DNA of 61,874 nt, the filler included, from Theionarchaea archaeon (lineage in GTDB: Archaea > Methanobacteriota_B > Thermococci > Methanofastidiosales > SZ-28-30), in the NCBI GenBank assembly GCA_018992565.1. It is 3 parts of 3 records of this genome, joined end to end, with 100 filler letters (N's around TTAATTAATTAA, not from the genome) between each part and the next. Parts side by side here need not be neighbours in the genome. Positions count along the whole stretch, not along the records: positions 1 to 23,295 come from JACVGW010000041.1; 2 more parts are not named here. One strand, written 5' to 3'. The translations under genes and the position numbers were made by a program. Shown piece by piece: positions 1 through 10,356 of the stretch; positions within the stretch are counted from its first letter, which is position 1; every line of letters begins with the position of its first letter. Below the pieces are notes generated by a model. It worked only from the letters and a program-made list of their open reading frames with translations. It was not told the DNA's origin and did no database searches.

Positions 1-16
1 TTCTATATCCATGATA

Positions 17-1006
17 TCACATCCAGTAGGCGTATTCCTGAAAGAAAAGGATACGGTACCAGTTTCCAACTTTTACTTTTATATCTTTTGGTCTTTTCAT
101 ATATCTCGTTTCAAAATCAGGAAGCATTACCAGAACCTGCGAGGGAGTAACATCAATGATCTGACAGTCTCTCATGGTATACTGGGAAGAAGAGAGTGTC
201 TTGAGTTGGTTCTGGTTCTCAAGGTATTCCACTTTTTTCCAGGGGACTACTTTTTCCGAGTGACCATTTCTGAGATGCAGCTTCTGTGATGAACCTACCA
301 CCTCAAAGACCTCGTTCTGGCACAGCACCATGTCACCTGGCTTGTATCTGTGAAGCGAGAAGAGTATGGTTCCTCTCTTGATATCAACACCTTTCTGCCT
401 GTCCATTCCTACTATGGCATATGACTCCCTCACCACTCCTCCCAGCTGCTTCTTCAAAATATGAGCCGCCCGCGAAGCTGCTCTTGATGTAGAGAAATAG
501 AAATCTGTTCCTTCTTTTCGTTCTTTAACGCGCGATATGAAATCCTTCTCTCTCAGGCTGGAAACCACAATAGAATCTATGAGAGCTCTTTCCTCTTCTG
601 TGAGGGTGTGGTGCTGGCGTCTCACCTGGAGAACAGCCTGGTAATACCCGGACAGCATCCTGGAGCACTGATTGCATAATGAGGGCTTCAGATGAATGGT
701 AAACTGGGTCTGCTGGACAAAAGCATGGGTCTGCTTCTCATGGAACCACTGTCTGGCCACCACAGAGACTGTGATTACCATGTCATGCTGTTCCGCACGG
801 TAATCAAAATCCTCCAATGAAACATGCTCCTTAATAACCTCCTCCAAGGAGATGTCTCTCCACGAGCCGTAGTACAGGGCATCACACTCCCTGCATCTCG
901 CAAGTTTCAGATTCCTGATGAAGAGAGGAGGCTGGCTTTCCAGAAAACAGGGTTCGCACAAGCCCTCGATACGAGCCTTCCTCTTACCACATTGAAAGCA
1001 CATCAT
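17..1006 (-). CDS. nmd3: NMD3-family ribosome biogenesis protein
   Basis: Zn-knuckles CxxC..CxxC (CFQCG/CEPC, CREC, CNQC) and GYYQAVLQVR motif; conserved archaeal aIF2beta-DUF424-NMD3 order. Confidence 0.85.
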   Translation of the reverse strand: MMCFQCGKRKARIEGLCEPCFLESQPPLFIRNLKLARCRECDALYYGSWRDISLEEVIKEHVSLEDFDYRAEQHDMVITVSVVARQWFHEKQTHAFVQQTQFTIHLKPSLCNQCSRMLSGYYQAVLQVRRQHHTLTEEERALIDSIVVSSLREKDFISRVKERKEGTDFYFSTSRAASRAAHILKKQLGGVVRESYAIVGMDRQKGVDIKRGTILFSLHRYKPGDMVLCQNEVFEVVGSSQKLHLRNGHSEKVVPWKKVEYLENQNQLKTLSSSQYTMRDCQIIDVTPSQVLVMLPDFETRYMKRPKDIKVKVGNWYRILFFQEYAYWM

Positions 1007-1299
1007 AATCTGACCATTTGGGCGTGCACAGTTTTCCCAATCCGAAGGACATTCTCTGGGTCAACGAGTCCCAGTTCAATAGCCTTTCCCACGATTTTCT
1101 CACCCACCAGGTTCAAAATGGTGGCCCTTACCAGGAGAGCTCCAGAGGCTTCCAGTGTCATACACTCACCACAGTAGAAGTCCTCCTTCACCTCAAGGCA
1201 CAGATCGTTTTCCTGGAAAGTTCTTCCCGCTATCTCTGCATCGCATCCTGCCACCAGCGTTTCTGTACCTGTCTTGAACGTCCTCACAAAGACTTCCAT
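1003..1299 (-). CDS. DUF424 family protein
   Basis: LVAGCD...FY.G...NLVGE..V..AI..G pattern; overlaps neighbours in operon. Confidence 0.8.
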   Translation of the reverse strand: MEVFVRTFKTGTETLVAGCDAEIAGRTFQENDLCLEVKEDFYCGECMTLEASGALLVRATILNLVGEKIVGKAIELGLVDPENVLRIGKTVHAQMVRL

Positions 1300-1715
1300 T
1301 AGATCGACCTGACAGAATGCCTAGCTCCACATGCTTCGCACTGCAAGAATACGATTCTACCTTCTCTGAAGAGGCGGGTATCGGGCTTTCCGCACTCGTG
1401 ACACAGAACATAAATGGCGGCATATTTCTCTATCTTTTCATTTATCTGATAGTTGGAGAACCTCCCCTGGAATACAGCACCCCGGCTCTCAAAGTTGCCC
1501 GATGTGGCCAGTTCGCCAGAGAGGAACTTCATGAGATGATTGGGATCACGGCTCATTCTCTGAGCAATCTCCTGGAAATTCTTGACAATTGTGCGGTTAC
1601 CCATGGTGAAGGAATCAGATTTAGGTATTTCGAACCTGCTCTTCTCAAAGACCTTTTCCGGCAATTTGGAAAGAGCACGGTCCAACATGTTTTCATAAGC
1701 ATACGTGAATTCCAT
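1299..1715 (-). CDS. eif2b: Translation initiation factor 2 beta subunit
   Basis: YENMLDRA, RFEIP, GNRTIVKNF, C-terminal CxxCGKPDT...CxACGA zinc ribbon. Confidence 0.95.
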   Translation of the reverse strand: MEFTYAYENMLDRALSKLPEKVFEKSRFEIPKSDSFTMGNRTIVKNFQEIAQRMSRDPNHLMKFLSGELATSGNFESRGAVFQGRFSNYQINEKIEKYAAIYVLCHECGKPDTRLFREGRIVFLQCEACGARHSVRSI

Positions 1716-2216
1716 GGAGTGGTTTCAATTCTATGTTTATAAACCTGATGGTGAATAATTGCAGGGTGGAAGTGCCTTCTTGAGTCAGGAGGAGCAATCA
1801 GGAAGGAGTAAGGTCTCATACTTGCTGCTCTGGAGGGCTTTCAAAAAGAAGTCCTTCATCCAGAAGAAAACCCTGTATACGTGCGACAGGGAGGTGGGTC
1901 ATCTGGCGCGAATCCCAAGAGGTCTCAGAACATCGTTGTATTCAGTGTACCTCCGGGCACCAGAAGTTCTGTGCTGCGCTGTGGTGCTGCTCGTCCGCCA
2001 CAATGCTGGTGATTCTCCTTTCTTGCAGAACATCTTTCACTTCTTGTCTTATCCACCCTTACTCAGTTCAGTGGACACTGAGCACTGATATCTCAGCTCC
2101 ACCAGATGACCCGTGGGTGGCTATGTCCACTAGGATTAAGGAAGTCAGGACTAATAAAGGTTTCTCCTCATCCCCAATTATAAAGTCCTCTCAGAAAAAA
2201 CAGAACCAGTGCTGGT

Positions 2217-3542
2217 TCAGAGTACCTCAATCTTCTTCCACCCACCCCTCCTGAACCTCAATGCCACAAAGAAGGCTCTCGCAGCGTATTCTACCACCAT
2301 GGCAACCCACGCACCAATCACCCCCCATCCAAGACTGAGTCCAAGTGCCATGGCCAGAGGTATTCTGAACCCATAAAGACCCACTGTAGACGCGTACAAT
2401 GGCCATTTCGTATCTCCTGCACCCCGCAGCGCACCTCCAATAGTGAAATGAGTCGCTATCCCTGGCATTCCAAAAGCCAGGAGCCTGATGAATACAACTG
2501 CCCTGTCAATGACCGCTTCCTCTCTCACAAATACTACTGCAATATCCCTGGCAAGAACAAAGACGAAAATACCCACGATACCCATGAGCATCATGGAAAG
2601 CTTGCATGCTTCCCATCCACTTCTTTCTGCCTCTCCTGGATTTCCTGCACCCAGATTCTGACCCACCAATGCAGTAGCAGCTATGGAGAACCCCATTCCC
2701 GGCATGAAGGCAAGGCTCTGAATCCTGAGTCCTATCTGATGAGCAGCAATACTCACTGTTCCAAATGATGTGATAATCACCATGTATACCAGAAATCCTA
2801 TCTGAATTACCAGTTGTTCCAGAGCTGCAGGGGTGCCAACAGCTAGAACCTTTCTGAGTGTAGAAAAGTCCAGCGAGAATCCCTTGAAAGTCACGTACAG
2901 CTTCAGCTTTCTCTTCTTCAGGAGAATTGTATATATGCTGGCACCGAGAATGAAGGCCAGAGTCGTCCCCAGGGCAGCACCTCTCACGCCCATGGGCTCA
3001 CATCCCAATTTTCCAAAAATCAGTATATAATTCAATCCCACGTTGGTCACATTGATGAGAGAACTGATAACCAGAGGGGTCTTGGTGTCACCCGCTCCTC
3101 TCAGAGCCTGAGCTGAGGCGAGGCACATGAAAATGAACCCAATGCCCAGAACAGCAATCTGAAGATACTGGGAACCAAGGACCAAGATCTCTTCTTCTGC
3201 CTGGTAGATTCTCAGAAATTCATCTGCAAGGAGATACAAAATGGGTGTCAAGACGAAGGTAGCTACTGCACCTGAAACCAGCGATTGTTCAAGAACATGT
3301 CTGGCCTTTTCTATGTCTTCTTCTCCAATGCTTCTGGCTACCATGGCCACAGTTCCTGCTGTCACTGCAATCATTAGAGACTGAAAAATAAACACAACCT
3401 GTCCACCCAATCCCACAGACGCAAGATAGCTGGCTCCCAGACTTCCAACCATGATCATATCTGCGGTAAGGGTCAACGTGTGGAGAAGGTTGTCAATGAC
3501 TGCAGGCCATGCTAATCCCAGGATGTCTCTCCTCGTTTGCAT
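2217..3542 (-). CDS. MATE family efflux transporter
   Basis: About 12 TM, duplicated LRGAGDTK motifs, VGQNLGAG. Confidence 0.95.
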   Translation of the reverse strand: MQTRRDILGLAWPAVIDNLLHTLTLTADMIMVGSLGASYLASVGLGGQVVFIFQSLMIAVTAGTVAMVARSIGEEDIEKARHVLEQSLVSGAVATFVLTPILYLLADEFLRIYQAEEEILVLGSQYLQIAVLGIGFIFMCLASAQALRGAGDTKTPLVISSLINVTNVGLNYILIFGKLGCEPMGVRGAALGTTLAFILGASIYTILLKKRKLKLYVTFKGFSLDFSTLRKVLAVGTPAALEQLVIQIGFLVYMVIITSFGTVSIAAHQIGLRIQSLAFMPGMGFSIAATALVGQNLGAGNPGEAERSGWEACKLSMMLMGIVGIFVFVLARDIAVVFVREEAVIDRAVVFIRLLAFGMPGIATHFTIGGALRGAGDTKWPLYASTVGLYGFRIPLAMALGLSLGWGVIGAWVAMVVEYAARAFFVALRFRRGGWKKIEVL

Positions 3543-3812
3543 TATGGTGCAAATATACCATCAGCTTATAAATACTTCGGCTTGAGATAGACGAGATGTG
3601 ATGATATTCCCACTATTCGACCGAAAGAGCATCCATTCCTGTACTGCAGGGCTTTGGACGAAAAGGAAAAGCGAGAATTTCAGCTTTGAACAAATGAGGA
3701 AAGATATTTAAAGATTGCAGCCATTATATATTTGGCAAGAGACTGAAGATAGTAAGTCTTTCGTGTCATCAAGACATTTCCACTTGAGAAGAACGCTAAA
3801 GGAGGTATAAGA

Positions 3813-3974
3813 ATGGATAAATATGAATGTAGTGTGTGCGGCTACATCTACGATCCAGAAAAGGGTGACCCCGATTCTGGCATAGATCCGGGAACATCTT
3901 TTGAAGACTTGCCTGAAGACTGGGTGTGCCCCGTATGTGGAGCACCAAAAAAAGCCTTCAAGAAGGTGAATTAA
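3813..3974 (+). CDS. Rubredoxin (53 aa; not in ORF track)
   Basis: Manual translation [67 protein letters not shown] overlap with next gene. Confidence 0.97.
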   Translation: MDKYECSVCGYIYDPEKGDPDSGIDPGTSFEDLPEDWVCPVCGAPKKAFKKVN

Positions 3975-5149
3975 TGGCAGTCAGGAAGATCAAAAGTGGC
4001 ATATACTGGGTTGGGTCCCTCGATTGGGATCGCAGGCTCTTTGATGAACTGATTCCCCTTCCAGACGGTACCACATATAATGCATACATTGTGGAAGGTG
4101 AAAAGACTGCCCTCATTGATACTGTTGATCCTACCAAAGAGAGTGAACTGGTAGAAAACCTCAGTCAATGGGGAGGTTCCATTGATTTTGTTATAGCCAA
4201 CCATGCAGAACAGGATCATTCAGGTTCCATACCTGCGGTACTGGAGCTTTTTCCCCAGGCAAAAGTGGTGACAAACCCCAAGTGCAAGGGGATGCTCATG
4301 GACTCATTGTTGATTCCTGAGGAGAAGTTCATGACAATCAAGGATGGTGATACGCTCTCCCTGGGGGAGAGAACACTGCAGAGTTTCATGACTCCCTGGG
4401 TCCACTGGCCAGAAACCATGGTCACCTACCTGAAAGAAGAAAGAATCTTGTTCAGCTGTGATTTTCTGGGTTCCCATCTGGCAACCAGTGAGCTGTTTGT
4501 TCGAGATAAGGAGCGGGTGGTTGAATCTGCCAAGAGGTATTATGCTGAGATCATGATGCCTTTCAGAACCAGTATCAAGAGTCATTTGCAGAAAGTGGAT
4601 GCTCTGAAGGTGGATATTATTGCCCCCAGCCATGGCCCACTCTATGATGAACCGCAGTTCATACTGGATTGTTACAGGGAATGGGTTTCAGATACTGTGA
4701 AAAACGAGGTTATCCTGCCATTCGTTTCTATGCATGGGAGTACCCGGGCAATGGTGGATTACCTGATAGATGCCCTCATGAGTCGAGACATCACTGTAAA
4801 GCCCTTCAATCTGACACGAACAGACACTGGAGAACTGGCCAAAGCCCTGGTTGATGCAGCCACCATTGTGATAGCATGTCCCACTGTTTTGGCAGGACCT
4901 CATCCTGCGGCCGTGTATGCTGCGTACCTGGCGGGTGCACTGCGGCCCAAGACAAAGATAGTGGGCATCATTGGATCCTACGGATGGGGAGGAAAAACGG
5001 TGGAAGTCCTCAGCCAGCTTATAGGGAATCTCCAGGTTGAAGTTCTCGATCCAGTGATGATAAAAGGATACCCTGAGAAGGAGGGCTTCAGATTGCTGGA
5101 CAACCTGGCAGACGAAATCCTTAAAAGGCACAGAGCACTAAAAATATGA
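3974..5149 (+). CDS. fprA: Flavodiiron protein (FprA, type A flavoprotein)
   Basis: GTTYNAY, NHAEQDHSG, HWPE, PSHG, flavodoxin domain (SMHGST, GSYGWGG); start moved to ATG overlapping rubredoxin stop. Confidence 0.95.
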   Translation: MAVRKIKSGIYWVGSLDWDRRLFDELIPLPDGTTYNAYIVEGEKTALIDTVDPTKESELVENLSQWGGSIDFVIANHAEQDHSGSIPAVLELFPQAKVVTNPKCKGMLMDSLLIPEEKFMTIKDGDTLSLGERTLQSFMTPWVHWPETMVTYLKEERILFSCDFLGSHLATSELFVRDKERVVESAKRYYAEIMMPFRTSIKSHLQKVDALKVDIIAPSHGPLYDEPQFILDCYREWVSDTVKNEVILPFVSMHGSTRAMVDYLIDALMSRDITVKPFNLTRTDTGELAKALVDAATIVIACPTVLAGPHPAAVYAAYLAGALRPKTKIVGIIGSYGWGGKTVEVLSQLIGNLQVEVLDPVMIKGYPEKEGFRLLDNLADEILKRHRALKI

Positions 5150-5161
5150 GGAGGAAAGAAT

Positions 5162-5803
5162 ATGGAAGAAAAAATGCCTTTGATTGGGGATACATTCCCT
5201 CAGGTAGAAGTGGCGACGACGCACGGTAAAATGGTCTTACCTGATGCATATTCAGGTAAGTGGATGGTCTTCTTCAGCCATCCTGCTGATTTCACACCGG
5301 TATGCACTACTGAATTCGTGGCATTTCAGAAGAGAGTTGACCAGTTCAAGAGCTTGAATTGTGAACTCATTGGACTGAGTGTAGATCAGGTTTTTTCTCA
5401 CATCAAATGGATCGAATGGATCAAAGCAGCTTTAGATGTTGAAATACAGTTTCCGATTATTGCAGATACAGGAAAGGTTTCTAACATGCTGGGGTTAATA
5501 CATCCTGGAAAAGGAACAAACACTGTACGGGCTGTGTTCATTGTGGATCCCAAGGGGATCATTCGAGCAATTCTGTACTACCCTCAGGAACTGGGAAGAA
5601 ATATGGATGAAATCCTGCGGATGATAAAGGGGTTCCAGGTCAATGAGAAACATAACGTGGCTCTCCCTGCCAACTGGCCAGAAAACGAGCTGATAAAAGA
5701 TGAAGTAATTATACCACCTCCCTCAGATGAGAAGACTGCCCGGGAGAGAATGAAAGAGCACCAGTGTTTTGACTGGTGGTTCTGCCACAAGAAACTGAAA
5801 TGA
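5162..5803 (+). CDS. Peroxiredoxin (archaeal Prx6 type)
   Basis: [13 protein letters not shown] and C-terminal CFDWWFC. Confidence 0.95.
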   Translation: MEEKMPLIGDTFPQVEVATTHGKMVLPDAYSGKWMVFFSHPADFTPVCTTEFVAFQKRVDQFKSLNCELIGLSVDQVFSHIKWIEWIKAALDVEIQFPIIADTGKVSNMLGLIHPGKGTNTVRAVFIVDPKGIIRAILYYPQELGRNMDEILRMIKGFQVNEKHNVALPANWPENELIKDEVIIPPPSDEKTARERMKEHQCFDWWFCHKKLK

Positions 5804-5825
5804 AAAGGTAACAAGGAGGTATACT

Positions 5826-6203
5826 ATGACAAAAAAGCTACAGGTGTATAAGTGCACTGTATGTGGGAATATTGTCGAAGTGCTGCATGAAGGTGTGGGG
5901 CAGCTGGTGTGCTGCGGACAACCTATGGAGTTGATGGTGCCAAAAACAGCAGATGTGGGAAAGGAAAAACATGTCCCCGTTGTGGAGAAAAAGGACAATA
6001 CTGTAACAGTGAAAGTGGGCTCTATCCCCCACCCCATGGAGGCAACCCATTACATTGAGTGGGTTGAAGTTATTGCGGATGGTCGGGCATACCGCAAGTT
6101 CTTGAATCCAGGGGACAGCCCAGAAGCGAAATTCGAAATCGCCTTCAAAACCCTTGAAGTGAGAGAGTACTGCAATGTCCATGGACTATGGATGGCCACA
6201 TGA
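5826..6203 (+). CDS. dfx: Desulfoferrodoxin / superoxide reductase
   Basis: CxxCGN..CCG desulforedoxin domain, EKHVP, HPM, HYIEW, CNVHG. Confidence 0.95.
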   Translation: MTKKLQVYKCTVCGNIVEVLHEGVGQLVCCGQPMELMVPKTADVGKEKHVPVVEKKDNTVTVKVGSIPHPMEATHYIEWVEVIADGRAYRKFLNPGDSPEAKFEIAFKTLEVREYCNVHGLWMAT

Positions 6204-6212
6204 GGTGTTGTC

Positions 6213-6740
6213 ATGATTAAGAAGGCAGTAGAGAAAGCCTTGAACAACCAGTTGAATGCTGAGCTGTATTCTTCGTATCTCTATCTCTCTATGTCGTCCT
6301 GGTTCAGTTCTCAGAACCTAAATGGATTTGCCAACTGGATGCGGGTACAGGCTCAAGAAGAACTCATGCATGCCATAAAATTCTATGACTATCTCATTCA
6401 GAGAGATGGACGGGTACTCCTCGTTGCTGTAGATGCGCCGCCCACCGGGTGGGATTCCCCTGAAGCGGTCTTTGAACATACATACCAGCATGAGCAGAAG
6501 GTCACTGAGTTGATTAATGACCTGGTTGATCTGTCTATTTCAGAAAAGGATCACGCCACCCATATGGTTCTCCAGTGGTTTGTGGATGAACAGGTAGAAG
6601 AAGAATCATCAGCCAGCGACATTCTTGGGAAGGTCAAGATGCTGAAAGAGAGCAAGAGCGGCATATATATGCTGGACAGGGAACTCAGCCAGAGGGTGTT
6701 CACTCCCCCCGCAGCCCAGGAACCTGCAACAGCACCGTGA
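6213..6740 (+). CDS. ftn: Ferritin
   Basis: [29 protein letters not shown]. Confidence 0.95.
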   Translation: MIKKAVEKALNNQLNAELYSSYLYLSMSSWFSSQNLNGFANWMRVQAQEELMHAIKFYDYLIQRDGRVLLVAVDAPPTGWDSPEAVFEHTYQHEQKVTELINDLVDLSISEKDHATHMVLQWFVDEQVEEESSASDILGKVKMLKESKSGIYMLDRELSQRVFTPPAAQEPATAP

Positions 6741-6752
6741 AGAGGGGTATCA

Positions 6753-7244
6753 ATGAACCTGAGTGAATACAGCTTGAAGGAATTGTTGCTTACTGCATTA
6801 GAAAGTGAAATTGAAAGTAGAAGTGTGTATGAAACACTTTCTAACAGGGTGAAAAACGCCTTTCTTAGAGACCGCCTTGCTTTCCTGGCAAATGAGGAAA
6901 AAAAGCACGGCATCTTTATTGAAGGTGTGTACAAGAAGACATTTCCCCAGGATATAATTATCTTGCCTGATGAGACCCCTGTTCCTCTACCTCTGGTGAA
7001 GATTCCCACAGAAGATGTCCCTCTGAGCTTCGTCTTTGAACAGGCCATGGAAGCAGAAAAAGCCTCCAGTGAGTTCTACCAGGGGCTGGTACATCAATTC
7101 CAGGATGTCAAAATACAGAAGACGCTAGCTGCTTTTGCAGCTATGGAAATGGATCACTACAGAATTCTTGAAGCTGAACACAAGACCATGAAGCGATTTG
7201 AAACCTTTGACACAGAATGGCCCATGATGAATGTGGGACCTTAA
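6753..7244 (+). CDS. Ferritin-like/rubrerythrin-family diiron protein
   Basis: E..S...Y, EExxH and EMDH diiron ligand patterns; no rubredoxin domain. Confidence 0.85.
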   Translation: MNLSEYSLKELLLTALESEIESRSVYETLSNRVKNAFLRDRLAFLANEEKKHGIFIEGVYKKTFPQDIIILPDETPVPLPLVKIPTEDVPLSFVFEQAMEAEKASSEFYQGLVHQFQDVKIQKTLAAFAAMEMDHYRILEAEHKTMKRFETFDTEWPMMNVGP

Positions 7245-7301
7245 TGCAGGAGCACGAAATTGCAGGTTGTATACCTGACGAATCTATAGAGATGTGATGT
7301 T

Positions 7302-7874
7302 ATGAACTTAAAAGGGACTCAAACAGAAGAGAATGTGCTAATCGCCTTCGCTGGCGAATCTCAGGCACGTAATCGCTACACCTTCTTTGCCTCTCAGGCC
7401 AAAAAGGAAGGATATGAACAGATCAAAGACATTTTTCTGGAAACAGCGGACAATGAGAAAGAACATGCAAAAAGACTATTCAAGTTCCTGGAAGGTGGGG
7501 AAGTGGAAATTACTGCTTCATATCCTGCTGGGACTATTGGCAGCACAAAGGAGAACTTGAAAGCGGCAGCAGAGGGAGAGAATTACGAGTATAGCACTAT
7601 GTACCCTCAATTTGCAGATGTTGCTGAGAAAGAAGGATTTCCAGAAATTGCTAGTGCTATGAGATCTATAGCGGTGGCAGAAAAACAGCACGAAAAGCGA
7701 TATCTTGCTTTGCGTGAGAATCTAGAAAAAAATCGGATATTCAAAAGAGAAAAACCCGTGAAATGGAGATGTGAAAATTGTGGATACATCCACGAAGGAA
7801 CAGAACCTCCTGAACAATGTCCCGCCTGTGCACATAGCAAAGCATATTTTGAACTGCTTGCGGAAAACTGGTGA
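7302..7874 (+). CDS. rbr: Rubrerythrin
   Basis: [23 protein letters not shown]-terminal CxNCG..CPAC. Confidence 0.97.
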   Translation: MNLKGTQTEENVLIAFAGESQARNRYTFFASQAKKEGYEQIKDIFLETADNEKEHAKRLFKFLEGGEVEITASYPAGTIGSTKENLKAAAEGENYEYSTMYPQFADVAEKEGFPEIASAMRSIAVAEKQHEKRYLALRENLEKNRIFKREKPVKWRCENCGYIHEGTEPPEQCPACAHSKAYFELLAENW

Positions 7875-7879
7875 ACAGC

Positions 7880-7900
7880 CCTCTTTTTTTCTTTCTTTCT
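7880..7900 (+). terminator. Archaeal oligo-T terminator of oxidative stress operon
   Basis: CTCTTTTTTTCTTTCTTTCT directly after rubrerythrin stop. Confidence 0.55.
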
Positions 7901-8019
7901 AGAAAATTCTCCTACTAGTTGAAGGATATTCTTCTGTCAATTGGGACAAACTGGCGAACTATACTACCAATAATTGGGTAGATTGGCAACTTTTTTATAG
8001 GGGTCACACAAAGGGTGGT

Positions 8020-8883
8020 ATGCACCTTCGAGATTGGTACGACCTGACCAGGCTGGATCATGGAATTCTGTGGGGTGCTGCTGTTGTAGTGGGAGAAATC
8101 CTGGCATACCGAGGAATCCCACCTCTGCAGTACATCATTTTGGGGTTTGCCGCTCCTCTTCTTGTTGAAATTGGCGTATTTTCTTTGAATGACTATATGG
8201 ATAGGGAGAGTGATATTCTCAACAACCGGATCGACAGGCCTCTCGTCCGAGGAGCATTCCCCAGACAGTACCCCCTCTATATTGCGCTGGTGATGCTGCC
8301 AGGAGCAGTAGTGGTGGGATTCATTTCCAGTCTCATGGTCCCTCTTATTCTCGTGATTCTGTTCTCTGCGCTGGGCGTTCTGTACAATGTCAAATTGAAA
8401 GGAGTACCCTGTGTCAAGAACTGCATCATGGGGGTGTGCATTGCGGCCCCCTTGCTGGGAGGAAACCTGATTGTAGAGGATGAGATCCTCCCTGTGGTTG
8501 CCCTTTTTGCCACCGCGGCTTTTTTGCTGGGAACAGGAAGAGAAATACTCAAGGACATGATGGACACTGCAGGAGACAAGGCAACTGGATGCAGGACACT
8601 TCCCCTGTTGATAGGCTCCAAGAACTCTGCCAGGATTGTCTTTTCTCTCTTTCTGGTATCATGCGTTGTGATCCTGTTTCCCTGTGGTTACCCCTGTGAC
8701 AGTTTCTATTTCCACGACATCTTGTACTTGATCTCAGCCTGCATAACATGTGGGCTCACAGTCTACTGTGCATGTTCTCTCCTGAAGGACTGGTCCAGAA
8801 CCCGTGTGGTTCTCCTGAGAAAAAGGACATTCAACATCCTTGAGCTGGGAGTCTTCACCTTCCTGTTAGGAGTGCTCTTCTGA
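8020..8883 (+). CDS. UbiA-family prenyltransferase, likely digeranylgeranylglyceryl phosphate synthase
   Basis: NDYMDRESD..N..DRPL..G and REILKDMMDxxGD aspartate-rich motifs; multi-TM. Confidence 0.85.
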   Translation: MHLRDWYDLTRLDHGILWGAAVVVGEILAYRGIPPLQYIILGFAAPLLVEIGVFSLNDYMDRESDILNNRIDRPLVRGAFPRQYPLYIALVMLPGAVVVGFISSLMVPLILVILFSALGVLYNVKLKGVPCVKNCIMGVCIAAPLLGGNLIVEDEILPVVALFATAAFLLGTGREILKDMMDTAGDKATGCRTLPLLIGSKNSARIVFSLFLVSCVVILFPCGYPCDSFYFHDILYLISACITCGLTVYCACSLLKDWSRTRVVLLRKRTFNILELGVFTFLLGVLF

Positions 8884-8885
8884 GC

Positions 8886-9764
8886 TCACTCGTTCCTGAT
8901 TCTTTTCAGTTTGGTGATCATTACTACCCCAATCAAGGAGATACATGACAGCATAATGAAATATACGTAATACTGAGACAGCGGAGGTTGAGCAGAAGCT
9001 GCATTTACGTGGACTTTCCTCACCTCAAAAGCAGAATAATCAGGTCTAATGACTTCAATTTGTTTTTCCTTTTCTTCAATGAGAATTCTCACCAGAAATG
9101 TCTTTTCGTATTCTCTGCCAAACCGATCCTTGTACATTACCCTGATAGACCCTGAATATTCCCCAGGATCCCCATATACTATGATTTCTTTGGATGCCCT
9201 GCTGAGCAAGTAGCCTATGTAGCTTTCATACTGTACTTTAAGGTCTGAAAGAATCTCAAACCTGAAATCAATGGCAACTTCATCTGAATTCTTGAATCCA
9301 ATGATCACCCTGTCACCCAGAACATTAAGAGTGGCAGATTCAAGGCTGATGGATGGTTCTCCATTCTTGATCTTGATAGTGTAGATCTTCTTATCCTCAA
9401 GCGTCTGGCATACACCGCCTTGGCACGTTTTTGAAGTCACCAGGCATGTGTAGGAAATAGTAACCGGATATTCCCCGTCTTCAAGAGATCTACAATGGAA
9501 TGTGAAGGCTGCCGTCTGTGAACCATATGGTAAGCTCTCGATCCGTGCTGACTTGTTATAGAACATGAGATCATTGCTGCTGACCCGGATTTCAATTCCT
9601 TCCGCCATCTGTCCTGAGTTATTGGTGAAGGTTACATTCATCGTTCCTTTATCCTGTGATTCATACACCGGTTTATCTGTGGTTATCTGGAGGGTAAGAA
9701 TGTCATCTGCCAGCACTGGTCCAAGAGATCCCAGAACAAGGATCACCAGAAGGAACCATCTCAT
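8886..9764 (-). CDS. Secreted/membrane-anchored hypothetical protein
   Basis: N-terminal signal peptide, TDKPVY Ig-like start, C-terminal TM plus basic tail. Confidence 0.75.
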   Translation of the reverse strand: MRWFLLVILVLGSLGPVLADDILTLQITTDKPVYESQDKGTMNVTFTNNSGQMAEGIEIRVSSNDLMFYNKSARIESLPYGSQTAAFTFHCRSLEDGEYPVTISYTCLVTSKTCQGGVCQTLEDKKIYTIKIKNGEPSISLESATLNVLGDRVIIGFKNSDEVAIDFRFEILSDLKVQYESYIGYLLSRASKEIIVYGDPGEYSGSIRVMYKDRFGREYEKTFLVRILIEEKEKQIEVIRPDYSAFEVRKVHVNAASAQPPLSQYYVYFIMLSCISLIGVVMITKLKRIRNE

Positions 9765-9885
9765 GCTGCGTTAATGGGACCCCTGATTTAAAAGACTTGT
9801 GGTCATGAACGAAAGGCCGAATCTGTGCTTTGCCTAGAAGTCAAACAGAGAAGACTGCTTTGAGCAAAAAAAGGAAGGCAGGGTT

Positions 9886-10044
9886 CTACCGACACTCTGA
9901 CCATGGAAATATCTTTCTGGCCACCCATACAATAAAGGCAGGAACAGCTCCCCCGTGGCCCCCGGCAAGCACTATGGGCCCAATACTGAGAATCTGTTCC
10001 TCTTCTGTCTGCTTGGGAGCAGATTGCGTCTTTTCAGACTGCAC
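9886..10044 (-). CDS. Small hypothetical protein, 52 aa (GTG start)
   Basis: AAGGTGA RBS just after upstream stop; MQSEKTQSAPKQTEEEQILSIGPIVLAGGHGGAVPAFIVWVARKIFPWSECR; followed by T-run. Confidence 0.5.
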   Translation of the reverse strand: MQSEKTQSAPKQTEEEQILSIGPIVLAGGHGGAVPAFIVWVARKIFPWSECR

Positions 10045-10055
10045 TAATATCACCT

Positions 10056-10184
10056 TTATTCTCTCTTAGTTTTCCTCTTCAGCCGGATTCTCTTCTTCAC
10101 TCGAACCCACTTCTTCTTGGGTCTGACCTTTATGTTGGGTGATTTCCTTAAAGGTCTGCGTTTTCTGTCTTTTCGTGATCCCAT
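10056..10184 (-). CDS. Very basic 42-aa protein, eS32/eL41-like ribosomal protein candidate
   Basis: MGSRKDRKRRPLRKSPNIKVRPKKKWVRVKKRIRLKRKTKRE; about half K/R; TATA-like AACCTTTATAT just upstream. Confidence 0.55.
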   Translation of the reverse strand: MGSRKDRKRRPLRKSPNIKVRPKKKWVRVKKRIRLKRKTKRE

Positions 10185-10356
10185 AATCCCACATTTTTTA
10201 GAACCATATAAAGGTTATGCAAGTCTTTTTCAATGAATCGAATCAGATTCACCTGATTGCACCCTGATAATAGAGGAGGGTAAAAGCAATTAGAGAAAAT
10301 CTCAAAGAAAGTAAAAAAAATAGTTATAGAAAGCTGCACTATCCGATTCAGCCACC

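Noticed and set aside
2040..2135. TPP riboswitch / SRP RNA / RNase P RNA
   Set aside because: CTGAGA and TGAAC words are present but the remaining conserved elements of each family could not be found
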